A stretch of 64,000 nucleotides of DNA from Ascidiella aspersa (taxonomy: Eukaryota), in NCBI GenBank assembly GCA_963924565.1, contig OZ004608.1:37324001-37388000 (forward strand). The letters run 5' to 3'. The notes under the pieces are model-generated. The model made no database searches. It saw nothing but the letters and a program-made list of their open reading frames with translations, and was not told the origin of the DNA. This document shows, in pieces, positions 1 to 14,304 of the stretch. The translations under genes and the position numbers were made by a program. How positions within the stretch are numbered: the stretch's first letter is position 1; every line of letters begins with the position of its first letter.

Positions 1-120
1 TTAAATGGGTAATTGTTTTTTTTCACAGTAATAAATGCAGTCAATTTAAAAAGTATATATATGCTTAGATTTATAATATGAAATTATGATTACCAATATT
101 ATTGCCTTGTTCCTGGAAAG

Positions 121-3100
121 ATTTACTCAATTTTTGTTGCACATTTCTTGTGGAAACATTGGATTACAACAACGCCGTGCACTATTGGAAAACTGGAGAA
201 AAATTGTGCATAGAGACATTGCAAAAAACTGCTCAACAATTTATCAACGATAACTTTGCGATGTTAACTGATGTTGAGACTATTAATGCAATGGATAGAA
301 CAACATTTGAGAAATTTCTACGAGCTAAACCAAAAGATGTAAATATGTTTTTTCTATTTTGATAATTAAAGCTACTGAACTTCTCCCCAAATTTTAGAGT
401 GAAGGAGAAAAAAGAGCTTTTCAAATGACAGTAGGCTGGGTCGAACATGATTTGAAAGAGAGAAAGTTATTATTTCCACAACTTTTTAATACGATCAACT
501 TGAGCCTTATAGATTTCGAGTTTTTTTGTTTTGACTTGGCTTGCGAGGTAATCTGATACAAATTACTTAAAGTATGTGATCGAGAAATGACAGTTCAATT
601 TGAACCTTACATTTTTACAGAGTCTGGTTCAGTCGTTTCAGGATTGTCTACTTCGATTGGCAAATCATATGAAGCATTTACATGGACCTCGTAAGTAGCC
701 TAGACTACTTTTAATAACGTCATAGAAAATTACTTTGCTGATTATTACCAGTGAAACACTTTTTTGACATTGTGTATCAATAATATCCAGATGAATTTTA
801 TACAGTAGTTGTTGGTAATATCTGACAAAAAACACTTTTCAAACAGGTTTAAAATGGAGCATTTTGGCCATCAATGAAAATTCAACAATCCTAAAAATGT
901 TGGACATAAATGCAAAAGTTGAAAAAGAAATTGCTGTAAGTTAAAACTTGCAGGTTTATTTTACTTTTCCAGATTATGTTTCAATGCTTTGTAGATATTA
1001 AACGAACCACGACGACAAGCCAGCTTTACAATGTACAAGAACTACTTATATATGATCGGTGGTTCTAGCGATGAGGAAAACAGAACTGACTCAGTGTTTA
1101 GACTGGATGTAAGATCACCAAATAAGGGTTGGGAGAAACAACTTTCCATTGATGATAAACGACGAAATGCTGGAGTGGCTGTTCTTAACGGTAACAATGA
1201 CCATCACTTTTTTTAGATTAAAACAAGGAAATTAAAGTAAAATTATGACCCAATATAATTATAAAAACAGATTAGTGTATTTACCTCGAAACTTATATAG
1301 TAGATATGTAAGAGAATGAGCACTGTGTATATGTTAAACACAGAGGTGTGCAACCAGCGGTCCGCAAAGCGTAAATTGCCTATGTGACTTATGAGAGACT
1401 TTAGTTTAATCTGCCGACTACAGTTATATTGCATATTTAAATTACTTATGTTTATTGCTCAGTTATTTTGTCATGCTTATATTTGCAATACTAACGAGCA
1501 TGTTCAATTAAATTTCTAACATTTCTGATTCCACTACGAAACCAGTATTCACTTAATGGGAGCGATACACAAAAACGCACAGCACAAAAAAATGTCGCAC
1601 CCTGTGGAAAGTTCTTCAAATCCAGGTTCTATAATGCAACCAGAGGCTTAATACACAAACTGCAAATATTTATTTTTAACGTATAGCAAGAGACAATGAT
1701 TTATATAGATATTCGCACTTGGCATAAATGTATTGACTAAATGTTTTCCCTGCAGAAGCAGAGTTATTTGTGTTCGGTGGTTATGCAGAGGATGATGGAA
1801 GTGGGACCTGGGTGACACCCATGAAACTCAAACTTGACGAAGAGGGAAGTGAATGGACAATAATGAAAGATTGTAGAAATACCTCCCTTGACCTTGTCGT
1901 CTGCAAAGGTTAATTAAGTTGAAGTGTTGGTCTCTCGATTTTTATCGGACAAGTGTTAGTAGCCTATTTGCTTTTCTCGATGAAGGACTTTCACTGAAAA
2001 CTAGCAAAATCTAGAATCCTAGTTTTCCCCGATTTCAATTCTTTTAACCGACTTAACGCAAATTCAATCGCTTTCACGCACGATACAAACAAAGCTTGTC
2101 AAAGGTTTCTCGTGTGGAGTTTGTTTTCCCTCAATGCAAATTACCATTTTGCATGTTTGTACCTTTAAGCAACCTTAAAATGTAGAACGGCAGTAACAAG
2201 GTGTACCAATCGAAACAAGGTCTGCCAATGGCCAGAGTTTTTTTGGGAAAAGTGGCGATACTATTGAAGTCTTTTAAATTCTGCCCTTATCATATTCAAC
2301 ACATTTTCAGACATGTTATACGCTCTGGATTATGACAGCCTAACATGTGAAAAATACGGCCCAGTTACTGAAACATCAACATTGATGCGCAAACTACCAA
2401 AAGGTTGTGTCAAGCTTGTGGTGGCAATGGAGGATCAGTTGTACGTGATTTGTAAGGGTGAGTTTATTTTTTCTACATTTATTGCCTCCGAATACAAAGC
2501 TCGGTGTGTTTAATACAGTTTAACTCAAACACCGTATCGGTTTTATAACTTTACAAGTTGTAGAGCATTATCACACACCGCGATGATTGTTTATAGGTCT
2601 TACACAACTAATTATAACGCTAAAAAGATATTAAAAACCAAATTAAATCAAAGCCCATACAGAAGTAGGTATCATTTTTTTTAACTCTTTATACATTTGA
2701 AAATGATGTTAATACATCATTAGGATTAGGTCATACCCCGTTTAGATTTCCTAATTTCTTAAACAAGTGGTACAACATTAAAGCGTAAATAAATGTTGAT
2801 AGTATTTGAATTACACAACAAGCAGAAACACAAAACGTTTGTAATCACAATATTATTTAAATAATACTCTATTTGTTTCCGCTTATACGTATCTTTTTAA
2901 AAATGTAAATTGTTTTGCAAAACATATTTTACTTTCTAGAGGTCTTATGAACTTGTTTATGCCTATTATCATTACTGGCTTTGTCTTGGGGTTGGGCTTA
3001 TTACCCCTTGCGCGCCAACAATTACAATATTATTAAAATAAACTTCATTTTTTGCTTGCGTATCTTTGTAAAAAATTAGTTTGCTTGTTTTGCAATATTT

Positions 3101-3802
3101 ACCTTTTTTACTTTGCAGAGGTCACCAGGTTGACCTTGAGAAAGTACGAACCGAAGAGCGGTAATTCGATTTACGTCACTACAAAAGATGACGTAGATGA
3201 ATTCCGTGACGCTTGCATAGCTCATGGGGAGTTTGTGGTTTCATATGAAAGGTGAGAAACTTCGTGATTATCTTGTGATATTTTTGTTTGTTAATTAGAA
3301 CGAATCCAGCGTAAAAAGTTAAACAATATGATGGATGTTATTCCATTAAATATTTATGTCTACTGTTATTTTGGTACTTCGGTCAATACTAATTTATAAA
3401 ACTACATATTTATAAAAAATAATTCGTAAACTGTGCAACGTTCACTTACTATAGGGGTTTGGAAAATATACCTCTCATTTTATTGTCAAAAATATTCCAC
3501 ATAACAGGTAACTTACTAGCTGTAATTATCACTGCAATAGTTGACCATAACCGCTACATTTAATTAAAAATCACTACCTTTAGGCATAACTCGGAAGTTT
3601 ATTGGAGTTGTGTATAGACAGGTTGGGCCTCAGAAGAAATCAGGGATAGAGTGATTGTTATTATTTTTCGCGCAGTCACCAGATGGTGAAAGTGTATTCA
3701 TACAACTTTAAGAAGAAGGAATGGGGGTTTATTGCTGAGAGTAGCGACCTTTCAAACTACTGGAATCTAATTCCGCTTCACTCTAATCCATTTGACTATT
3801 AA
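121..3802 (+). CDS. BTB-BACK-Kelch protein, copy A (5' part outside window). Exons 121-338, 398-547, 621-690, 847-935, 995-1190, 1756/1762-1908, 2311-2457, 3119-3251, 3676-3802
   Basis: GT-AG exons join in frame. BACK motifs (FCCTFL..LDYNNA; WVEHD..ER) and Kelch motifs (LYMIGG..W, LFVFGG, LYVI) present. Exon-for-exon paralogy to copies at 9956 and 16710. TAA at 3800-3802. Confidence 0.9.
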
Positions 3803-3905
3803 CTGATTTGCATAGAACACCTTGGATCTATAAACCATTTTTAGTTTTTTTGTGTTTTGTGTTTTTTAATAATATTTGTAGCTGTATTGTATCTTTGTTG
3901 TAAAC

Positions 3906-4230
3906 AGGACTGCTGTGGAGTCGGTTAAAAATTAACCTGAGTCCGGCTCCGTCCAAAAAATTAACCCGAGTCCGGAGTCCGGCTCCGACTATATCCTGTA
4001 TTTCGCTACTTTACGAAACCAAAATAAGGTGGATATTCAGCAATCCACTCGTAAGGGTGTCACCTATCTCATACACCTTAAATACCACAATGGAAAAGTT
4101 TATTGTGCTGCTCCACCTTTATAATTTACAGTTTGCGGCCTTATCAATTTCGAAATTCCGAACTGCGCATGCGTGCGTCGGACTCGGGCGGTCTTCTATA
4201 GTTTTACTCGAGTCCCGAGTCCAACTCTGA
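3906..4230. mobile_element. GAGTC/GACTC-repeat non-autonomous element downstream of the Kelch copies (also about 14414-14870 and about 22176-22552)
   Basis: Subterminal GGAGTCGG/CCGACTCC motifs. The 22 kb copy has inverted ends (GGCTGCGG...CCGCATCC) flanked by TTGTAAAC/TTGTAAAT. Duplicated along with the gene unit. Confidence 0.6.
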
Positions 4231-5417
4231 TAACTAGTGCCTTTCAAACACATCTTTCTGTGGTTTTTCTGGTGTCAGGGCTCTCCAAAGCAATGTTCTC
4301 TCTAATTGCGCAGCTGTACGACACAATTTGTGCAGTAAAATTGGCTTTTTGCGCACTTTCATACTAACAGTTCCGCTCACTATAAACAAGTGTTTAGAAT
4401 GCGATAAAATGCACACGAGTGGGTAAAGATGTTTGGGAGAAGTGCTTTTCTCCTTATAGACATTAGCTGATGTTACTGACTTTATCAAATCTCGCGCTCT
4501 CTTCTAAATTATAAGTACAATTTACAGGCTCTGAGTCGTTAAAAAAGACTGATAAAATATGGCAAATACTTTTTGGTTATAGAAGAAAGATAACAAAAAG
4601 TTGATTGTTTATTGTGTGATTATGTTATTTGTATCACTATTGACGCCATAACTTATGCGATAGAAGACATTTATTACGCTTCGCGCGAATCACTTTCGTC
4701 TTGTTAAAATCAAAACTACGTGACGTATTGACGTAACTTTATGACGTTTCGTTTTGACGTTATTTTGTGTATGACTGAAAATTTTTTCATGACCCCTCAA
4801 AAATGTCCTGGATCCGCCACTGTTATTCACAAATATTCATCAGAAGCAATTTATCAATGTGTGAGGTCAATATTTCATGCTTTGCTATTCTTCGACTTAA
4901 CCCAAGAGAAATAAGTTCTTAGAAAATACCGTTTGTAATGAAACCATAAATCAGAAAAAGGATATAACTGATTGCGAGTTTGCCTTGGCGTTATTAAATG
5001 AACCTGGGTTGAAATGTATAGTTAATTAGTATATGTCGAAATGTGAAGGATTTATTGTGCCGTTCAGATAGCACGGTGGTCATGTCATCCTGTTGAAATA
5101 TACATTGGAGACACAAACTAGATATAAACACGCAATTAAACCCTTATTATTTGACACGCTACTATTTTGCGACGTAACGCTATAGGAAAAATGATTGAAC
5201 TGCTCGCCAGTTTGCTTGGTCTTAATATACGTTGAACGGAAGTGTTGAATTTTTATTTGGTGACGTCACGCTTTTGCAAAGCTATTCGTTTGTTATTGTA
5301 GAATGCGTTATTGAAAGAGTAACGGGATAAATACGATATATACGAACATTAAGCAGCAATGAGTGTGTATTGGTCTAAGACAAGCATTTAAAGTGTTTTA
5401 TTAAATGCGAAGACATA

Positions 5418-5575
5418 ATGAGAACAAATGTTGATTCTAGTCACGTCAGCGATCTAATGGTAAATCTCAACATGTAATTGGTCCAAAAATTGTACATTGC
5501 AAAACGCTAAAAAAAAAGTTTTCTGCTGTCAGTCGATTAGAAATGTGAATTTTGCGCGCACAAAAGTATTCTTGC
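5418..5575 (+). pseudogene. Orphan Kelch-gene exon 1 (5418-5473, intact 56 nt, MRTNVDSSHVSDLMVNLN) plus a degenerate exon 2 remnant
   Basis: Matches exon 1 of copies B and C and ends in a GTAATT donor. TTTTGCGCGCACAAAAGTATTCTTGC (AHKSIL) remnant at about 5550. Confidence 0.75.
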
Positions 5576-5985
5576 ATTTCAAAGTATTTCTTGAGGTATT
5601 CTTAAGACGCGTGACCCAATTACGCCGCTTCGAACAGTTTGTTAAACCATGACAAAAACGTCGGATAATGTATAATATTTTTAACCTTCATAAGTAATAC
5701 ATATTACACTTATAAATAATACTAATAATCGCATTTTGAAATTCCAGGGTGGGACAAGAGCCCCCCTTTCCCCCCCTGTGGGCGCCCATGCCTACCAGTT
5801 TGACTTGGTATAGCAGGATTATAAGGCCTTTTAGCAGCGAAAGCCTAAAATAGGCAATTTGTTGTTTTAAATGTAGTTCAAAAACGCTTGTAATGTTAAG
5901 AAGTCTAGTCATGTCAGTGACCTTATGATAAAGCTCAACATGTGAGTAGCTTTAAACTACTACATTGTACACCCTTGGCCGCGAA

Positions 5986-7309
5986 CAGGGGCGCACGCAG
6001 AAAATTTTCCAGGGGGGGGCAATCAGAGGCGTAACCAGAAAATCAAAAAAGAGGTCCTGAATTTTCAACTTAGGGAATTTCCCTATTTTTCGCCTGATGT
6101 TAATGAGTAATGACGTCAATAAAACAGTGACTGTATGACGTCATAGAATGGTGATTGCAAGAAGAGATAGAAAAAAACCAGAAACAGCCAAATACGTCCA
6201 GCAAAAGCGAGCACGTGCGTCGTCGACAATCCTGTCAGGCGCCAGCTACGAAACCACAGTGTGCAATTGTTAACTTTAGGCAAAAAAACAACCGGCCCTT
6301 AAAATATGTGTGTTTAATTGTGGTAGAATCATACATAATTCGACTATTAGCAGCGCAGTTTTCAAGTTCCATGAACGGAACTAGCGCTAAATTACAAGCA
6401 AGTCTTTCACCACGTGCAATACTAAACGAAGATCGTTTTTACCGGGTGTTGTTATGCCACGATTGGCGCAACATCTGCGCCGAGCTGTGTACCAAGTTAG
6501 CTAAATTACAACTGTGGCTGAGGGAAATACGTCATGTCCATTGCACACTTAGCACGTGGTCTTAGAGTAGGCTTAAAGAGCAAAATTTTGCGTTAACTAT
6601 CATTACTTAAAAAGTTATACTTTAAAACGCGCACGACAGTCACCATTATATCTCCTTTTAAGAATGTGCTTCATTTAAACAAATGTCGATGTTACACCAA
6701 CATCGGATATTAGCGCAGAGACCGAACAGCGAGGAACATACTGCGTATTTAACTTGACGTTTTTAGCGAGAAAAAAAATAAGGTTTGACTTAGCGTTGTC
6801 AATTGTCGAATACACACCTGCTAATCAGTCAACCTAAACCAGCGCTTCTCAACCAGTCGGGGCCATAAAAACATTTGAGGTGGGCCACACACCAATTCAA
6901 AAAGCTAGATTTAGTTTCATTTATGTCATTATATTTAATTTTAAAGGAATAATGGCTCGGGAAGGAATTAAAAAGGAATTTAAATTTATTGTTAAGTATC
7001 TCACTAATGCACAGTTGATTAAATAATCTGTTTTGAAATATGTTCTGCGAAAGAAAAAAGGTTTAACCACTGACCTAAACAAATAACGAAAGAGAAAAAC
7101 TATCCAGTGTTTACGGCCGGCCAAACTAAAGACGAAAAACAGAGTTTTGCTCTCGATTTTGGCTTCGCATTAGATTAAGACGCGTGACCCAATTACTTAA
7201 AAAATGCACGCCGCTTCGAACAGTGTGCTAAACCATGACAAAAACGAACCAAAAACCATAATATCATTGCCCCCCCCCCCCCCCTTGCCCCCGCCTGCGG
7301 GCACCCATG
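5986..7309. mobile_element. Non-autonomous hAT-type element with 8-bp target site duplication (TSD)
   Basis: TIR CAGGGGCGCACGCAG / CTGCGGGCACCCATG (12/15 match). Perfect TSD GCCGCGAA at 5978-5985 and 7310-7317. A related right end lies at about 5604-5790. Confidence 0.85.
6840..7072. mobile_element. hAT/Charlie-like MITE nested in the 5986-7309 element
   Basis: Ends CAGCGCTTCTCAACC...GGTTTAACCACTG. TSD ACCTAAAC at 6832-6839 and 7073-7080. Same family occurs inverted at 29419-29743. Confidence 0.8.
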
Positions 7310-9563
7310 GCCGCGAAGCAGCCAAGTTTTTGTGGTCTTGTCAAAATAAACTGCTGATTATATTATTAAAAAACTTTGAGAACGAAAGCATAAAAAAAGC
7401 AAGAAACGGAGTTAGATTCTGGTCATGTTATTGACCTAATGAAAAAACTTAACATGTAAGTAACTTTGCAACTAGTACATCGTGAAAAATCCTTAGAAAT
7501 ATTTCAGTTTTTACGCTGTTTTTACAGACAAAGGCAAAATGGCGACGGAACTTGTGACATTGAAATGTGATGGAAAGGATTTTTGCGCGCACAAAAGTAT
7601 TCTTGCCAATTTGTCGGAATACTTCAACAGGCTATTCTTCGCTAAGGTAAATTTCTAAATACATTTTTCTCGTAAATCTTTGTAATATTAATTATTTTCC
7701 AAATTTAGATGCAGGAAAAGTTCCAAGATGTGATTGAAATTATGGCGGTAAACTCCGCTACATTTGAACGAATCTTGAATTTCGCCTACACTGGAAAAAT
7801 CCCAATAAATCGTGAAAATGTGGACGATTTACAATGCAGCAAATTATTATTTAGTTAAAGGTAAGTCATTAAATCGTGGTTTATATTTTTAATTTCAAAC
7901 TTGGCTGTTCCTCATAAGACATTTTGCGAACGCGTTTAACAAACAATTGCTTCATTTTAAAAGGTTAAAAAAGTTTTCGTAACAACTTGTGTGTTTATTT
8001 AAAAAGCTTAGGCTTTATTGAGATAAAAATTATATTAATATTTTTGTTTCTTTAAAAGATTTACTCAATATTTGTTGCACATTTCTTCTGGAAACATTGA
8101 ATTACCATAACGCTGTGCAATATTGGAAAAGTGGAAAATCAAATATGTAAATATGTTTTTTAAATTAGTTTTGATAATTAGTAACCTACCAAACTACTCC
8201 CAAAACTTTAAAGACACATCTCAACCCAATTGCAATATTTGATGTAACGTCTTATGCCATTGTCATTGACTTGACTTAAGTCACTGTTTTCAAATAACTT
8301 GACTTGACTCAAGTATTTTGACCAAATTGACTAGACTTGGCATATACTCTACTTTAAACTAAATATTGATTTGAAGAAGCAATTGTGTTAGGTAATCTAG
8401 CGCTATCGTACGTTTTTTTTAATGCAGTTCTTTCTAGTTTTTCTCGCCTTATTTCGGAATATTTATTATTTTGCTTTCTTAACATATTTTTTGTTATATG
8501 CATTTACCAATTATACATCAGTGAGCACTTGTCAAACATTTAGTCATATTCGCGATTCCTAAGACTATTTTTATATAAAAGTGGAATCCCATAAGATAAA
8601 TGCTTTGCAAAGGTTAAAACAATTATATCACTATGTAATAATACCTAATATAACGATCACCAAGCCAATTTAAACAAGAAAGGTTTATGCGTTTAGGACC
8701 GACTTTCAAATTACATCAAAACATAAGTTGATAAAATCGCCCGTCAATCGCATGGAAACACTGATGCATTTCACACTAAAACGTTATGCCAGTCGCTAAA
8801 AACACACAATGCATGCGCGTAATAAAGTGTGTACAATGGGTGAAATGCACACCAGTGGGTTGGAGAAGTGCTTTTCTCTTTACGTAGTCAGCTGATCCTA
8901 CTGACTTGTTTAAATCTCACGCTCTCAGCTGATTTCAATGTACAATTTGCAGGCTCTGATTCGTTAAGGCCAATGAGAAATGGGAAAATTATATTGTAAT
9001 GAATAGGTAACCAACTAAACAATTTACTTGATTTGTTTGTAGATTTATTATTCGCATCCATATTGACCGTCATAACTTATATAATAGGAAAATACAATAA
9101 ACACAAATATTGTAGAGTACATCTGTTCTATAGATCAAATCTCAATTAACTAACCCGCTATATTTAAGGGTGTGGCTGATTCAGTCGCATTTTCGGTATA
9201 TAGTCAAAATTTAGCAGATCTTGTTTAATTCAAAGCGTTGAGAGCGTTCACCTGTAATGACATAAGCGCTTCAAGTAGTTTATCAGCTGGTTATTTAGAC
9301 GAACAACGGGTACTAAATACAAATATTTATCCCAACCAACATATCAATATTTTTCTCAATTGTTGGTGTTTTGCGAACCTAAGAGCGAACAACTCACTTA
9401 ACATTTGAAATAAAACGTAATTTGGAAAAAAATATTTGTAATTCCACTCCAGTTAGACTTGGTGTTAGTAAATGAACATGGGTTGGAATGCAAATGGTGT
9501 TTAGGTAGTTTATGGTAAAATGTGCTTCAAACTTTTTGTGTGTGGCTTTGAAAATACTTGAAG

Positions 9564-9723
9564 CAAACGTCAAGACAAAGTTATGCTGGCTTTAAAAATG
9601 TCCATAAAACAAACGTCTGGACAAAGTTATACTGGCTTTAAAAATGTTCATAAAACAAACGTCAAGACAAAGTTATACTGGCTTTAAAAATGTTCATAAA
9701 ACAAACGTCAAGACAAAGTTATA
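9564..9723. repeat. 46-bp tandem repeat x3.5 upstream of Kelch copy B
   Basis: CAAACGTCAAGACAAAGTTATACTGGCTTTAAAAATG... starts at 9564, 9610, 9656, 9702. Confidence 0.9.
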
Positions 9724-9955
9724 GGAGTTAATATTTGACACACGACGATTTTTTTACGTCACGCTATGTATTTGATCAACGCTTTTCAGCGGGATTTGTA
9801 AAGGGCAATAAAAGCACGGTTCGCAGAGGAACTACACTCCCTTTTCAGTTTGACTTCAGTTTGGTGTGGTTGCTAGAAGATTCGGAAGCTGAATCTCTAC
9901 GAATATTCGATATAATTGACTTACGTATTTTAATAGTAGTTCCTACGAAGGCGCA

Positions 9956-12900
9956 ATGGAAGAGAATTTTGATTGTGGCCATGTTAGCGATCTAATGATA
10001 AAGCTCAATATGTGAGTTGGCCTACACCCACAACATTGTAATAGTTTGTTAAAAAGGTTTTTTGTTTGTATTTACAGACAAAGGCAAAATGGCGACGAAA
10101 CTTGTGACATTCGATTGAATTGTGATGGAAAGGATTTTTACGCGCACAAAAATATTCTTGCCAATTTGTCAGAATACTTCAACAGGCTATTCTTTGCTGA
10201 GGTAAATTTCTCAAAATATTGTTTTCTAAAGTTTTTAAATGTACTTTATTATACAAACTTAGATGCACGAAAAGTTCCAAGATGTGATTGAAATTACTGC
10301 GGTAAATTCCGCTACATTAGAGCGAATATTGAATTTCGCCTACACTGGAAAAATCAAAATAAATAGTGAAAATGTGGACGATTTACTGAATGCAGCAAAT
10401 TATTTTTTGGTTAAAGGTAAGTCAATTCAATCGTGGTTAATATTTTTATTTAAAATCTTTGAAGTTTCTTATTGGACTTTATTTTGCGAAGGCCTTAAAT
10501 AAGCAATGGCTGTATTTTAACAGGTTAAAGTTTTTTCTTATTAACCGTTTAGTTTATTTACAAAGCTTGGGCTTTTATTATAATATAAATTGTACCTATT
10601 TACTGATATGGTTTGTTTCTTTAAAAGATTTACTCAATTTTTGTTGCGCATTTCTTCTGGAAACATTGGATTGTAGCAACGCCGTGCAATGTTGGAAAAG
10701 TGGAAAACTATTCGACATTGAAGTTTTAAAAGAAACTGCTCAACGAATTATCACCGATTTCTTTACAATGTTAACTGATGTTGAGGCTATTAATGCAATG
10801 GATAGAACAACATTTGAGGAATTTCTACGAGCTAAATCAATGGATGTAAACATTTTGTATTAATTGATTTATATATTTATTTGAATGACACTGACTGTGA
10901 CTTACATTGTAAATTTTTCAGGTAAAAGGTGAAGAAAGAGCTTTTAGATTCACTGTGGCTTGGGTCGAACATGATTTGGAAGAAAGAAAACATTTATTTC
11001 CACAACTTTTTGAATTGATTGATTTTAACTTACTAAGCCATTCGTTTTTTTGCTTTGAACTGGCTGGCGAGGTAACTTAATACAAAGTTTGCAACAATAA
11101 ATAAATTGGTTATTCGAAAATTGCTCAAATTAATCTAACTTTTAACATTTAGAATCTGGTTCAGTCGTTTCAGGAATGTCTACTGCGAATAGCAAAACAC
11201 TTAAGGCATTTACATGGACCTCGTAAGTAGCCTACATCACTTTAATATCCCTCATAGCTTGCGGCTGAATTAGTTAATGATTTTTCTAATATTATAATTC
11301 AATAATATCGAGATGAATTTTAGACATTTGATGTTGATAATATCTGACAGTTGAAAATTTTCCAATAGGTCCAGAATGGAGCATTTTGATCATGAATAAA
11401 AATTCTACCATCCTAAAAATGTTGGACGTAAATGCAAAAGTTGAAAAAGAAATCGCAGTAAGTTAAAAAAAAGTTTTTTACACTTTTCCTGTTTATGTAT
11501 AATGGCTTTGTAGATATTAAACGAACCACGACGACAAGCCAGCTTTGCAATGTACAAGAACTACTTATATATGATCGGTGGTTCTAGCGATGAGGAAAAC
11601 AGAACTGACTCATCGTTCAGACTGGATGTAAGATCACCAAATAAGGGTTGGGAGAAACAACCTTCAACTCCTACAACACGGCGAAATGCTGGAGTGGCTG
11701 TTCTTAACGGTAAACAATGATCATAACGTTTACTTCTCAGATTACAACAAATCCCTAAAGTAAAATCAATGCCCCAATACAATTATGAAACAGAGTAGGG
11801 TATATATTTCGATATACGTACAGTAGATATACATGTGAATGGGCACTATCTAGTATCTATATCTTAAACCAGTGCGTGTGTAACCAGCGACCCGCACAGG
11901 GTAAATAACTTTGTGTCCTGTGAAAGGCTGTAGTTTACTCTAACCACTACAGTTGAATTGCATATTTAAAAAAACATGTTTATCGCTTAGTCATTTGGTC
12001 AAGTTTACATCTGCATTTCTACCGAGAATATCAGAGCTAATTCTCTTTTGTTTATTGTTGTACACTTAGAATTGTACTTAGTAATTCCCGTGGTTGCAAA
12101 GGTAATATTTGTTTAACGGACATGAGTGGACATTTTTTCTAAACTATAAGTGTACCGGTATAAGAATATCCTCATCGAACTAAAACTTTAAACATTTCTG
12201 ATTCCGGTGCAAAACCAATTATTTCCTTAACGGGAGCGATACACAAACTCTGTGGAAGTTTTTCAATGGCAGGTTTTATAATGCAACCAGAAACTAAATA
12301 CACAAATATTTATTTTTAACATATCAAAAGAGGCTATTCAAAGATTTACCTCGATAAAACGATGAGACATAAATGTATTGACCAAAGTTTTCTTCTCAGA
12401 GTTGTTTGTGTTCGGTGGTTATTCACGGGATGATGAAAGTAAGACCTGGGCGACACCATTTAAACTTAAACCTGACGAAGAGAGAAGTGAATGGATAAGA
12501 ATGAAAGACTGTATAAACGTCTCCCTTGACCTTGTCGCCTGCAAAGGTAAAGTTAAACTTGTTTGTTTTGCATCTTTTGTGTAATTTATCGAACAAGTGT
12601 TATTACTTGATTTTCTTGATGACGATTTGAACAGTTTTATCCGACTAAACCCAATTTCAATCACTTCCATACACGATATATGAAAGCATTTTCAAGGTTC
12701 TCGTATGTGTTTTCTCTTAATGCTGGATCCAGGGTTACAACACTTAGATTTTAACATTAAATGTGAGGGGATGGAAACTAAGTGCTAAATCTTCTGATCA
12801 TTTCTGTTGTGCTGGTGTTGCAATATTTATGTCTTGATGATATACACGCAAAATTAACCATTTTGCATGTTTGTACATTTAAACAACCTTAACATGTAGA

Positions 12901-14304
12901 AAATAGGAGTCTGCTGCATAAATTGTAACAAGGATTCACCAATTAAGTGATTTTGTTCTAACTGTGGAAATAGTGGCGACAATAACAGAGTCTATTCAAC
13001 TTTGTTTTAATCCTTATATCATCCAACTCTTTACAGACATGTTATACGCTCTGCTTTATGGCAGTCTAACATGTGAGAAGTACGACCCCGCTACTGAAAC
13101 ATCAACAGTGATGCATCAATTACCAAAGGGTTGTGTCAAGCTTGTGGCAATGGAGGAGCAGTTGTACGTGATTTGTAAAGGTGAGTTTGTTTTTGCTACA
13201 TTTATTCCCCTCGAAACAAAGGTTGGTATGTTAAATACATCACTACGATTAAGCCAAACCAAGTTTTCCAAACAAGTCGTACAACATTAAAACGTAAATA
13301 AATTATCTATAAATTTAAACTACGCAACAAGCAGAAACACAAAAGTTTGTAATCACAATCTTATTTGATTAAAACCTTATTTTTTGGCTTACGTATCTTT
13401 GTAAAAACTTTTTTTGTTTGTTTTGCCATTTTTAATTATTTTAATTTGTAGAGATCACCAAGTTGACCTTGAAGAAATACGAACCAGAGAGCGGTGATTC
13501 GATTGACGTCACTGAAAAAGATGACGTAGATGAATTCCGTGACGCTTGCATAGCTCATGGAGAGTTTCTGGTTTCCTATGAAAGGTGAGAAACTTCGTGA
13601 TTATCTTGTGATATTTTTGTTTGTTAATTAGAACGAATCCAGCGTGAAAAGTTAAACAATATGATGGATGTTATTCCATTAAATATTTACGTCTACTGTT
13701 ATTTTGGTACTTCGGTCAATACTAATTTATAAAACTGCATATTTATAAAAATTAATTCGTAAACTGTTCAACGTTCACTTACTATAGGGGTTGGAAAACC
13801 TACTTAGTACTAATGGGTGGGGTGGGAAAAGGGGAGTGAAACCTACAGTCATGGAGTTCGATCATTGTACTCATTTCGTACCCTGCGTTTTGTTGTCGCA
13901 CTCTAAGCCTTAAAATGACCTTTATGGAGTCTTATTGTTCTCTTTGAAAATATAACTATAAACTGCAGTTAATTAATACCATTCCTAACACCAAGATAAC
14001 AACATAATTTACATATCGTTTGCCATTGAGACAAAAAAAATTTAACCGTTTATTCCAATGTCGAAAATACTCAACAAAAACGTATAATTTACTAGGAACC
14101 ACTGTAATGATGATTCATCTTGTGTTCGCTTATGTTTTTGACGTATCTTTATCTAATATTTTTATCTTTTTACGCAGTCACCAGATGGTGAAAGTGTATT
14201 CATACAACTTTGAGAAGAAGGAATGGAGGTTTATTGCTGAGAGTAACGACCTTTCAAACTACTGGAATCTAATTCCACTTCTTTCTAATTCGTTTGACTA
14301 TTAA
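9956..14304 (+). CDS. BTB-BACK-Kelch protein, copy B, complete (about 535 aa). Exons 9956-10011, 10078-10201, 10263-10416, 10628-10845, 10922-11071, 11153-11222, 11369-11457, 11514-11709, 12400-12546, 13037-13180, 13452-13584, 14178-14304
   Basis: Spliced length 1608 nt, open. BTB signature CDIRL..DGKDFYAHKNILA..SEYF..LF and ILNFAYTGKI.I..ENV..LL.AA; BACK and Kelch motifs follow. Confidence 0.92.

Larger units (their letters stand above)
5893..8150 (+). pseudogene. Broken BTB-Kelch copy: two damaged first exons (5893-5941, about 7400-7455), frameshifted exons 2-3, internally deleted exon 4, remainder absent
   Basis: Relative to paralogs: 5-nt deletion at GACAT|TGAAATG (about 7560), 2-nt deletion at GATTTAC|AATGCA (about 7832), about 130-nt deletion in exon 4 (about 8137). 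Confidence 0.85.

Noticed and set aside
6155-6565. 136-aa ORF inside the hAT element as a possible transposase
   Set aside because: No BED finger, DDE or hAT dimerisation motifs; non-ATG start.
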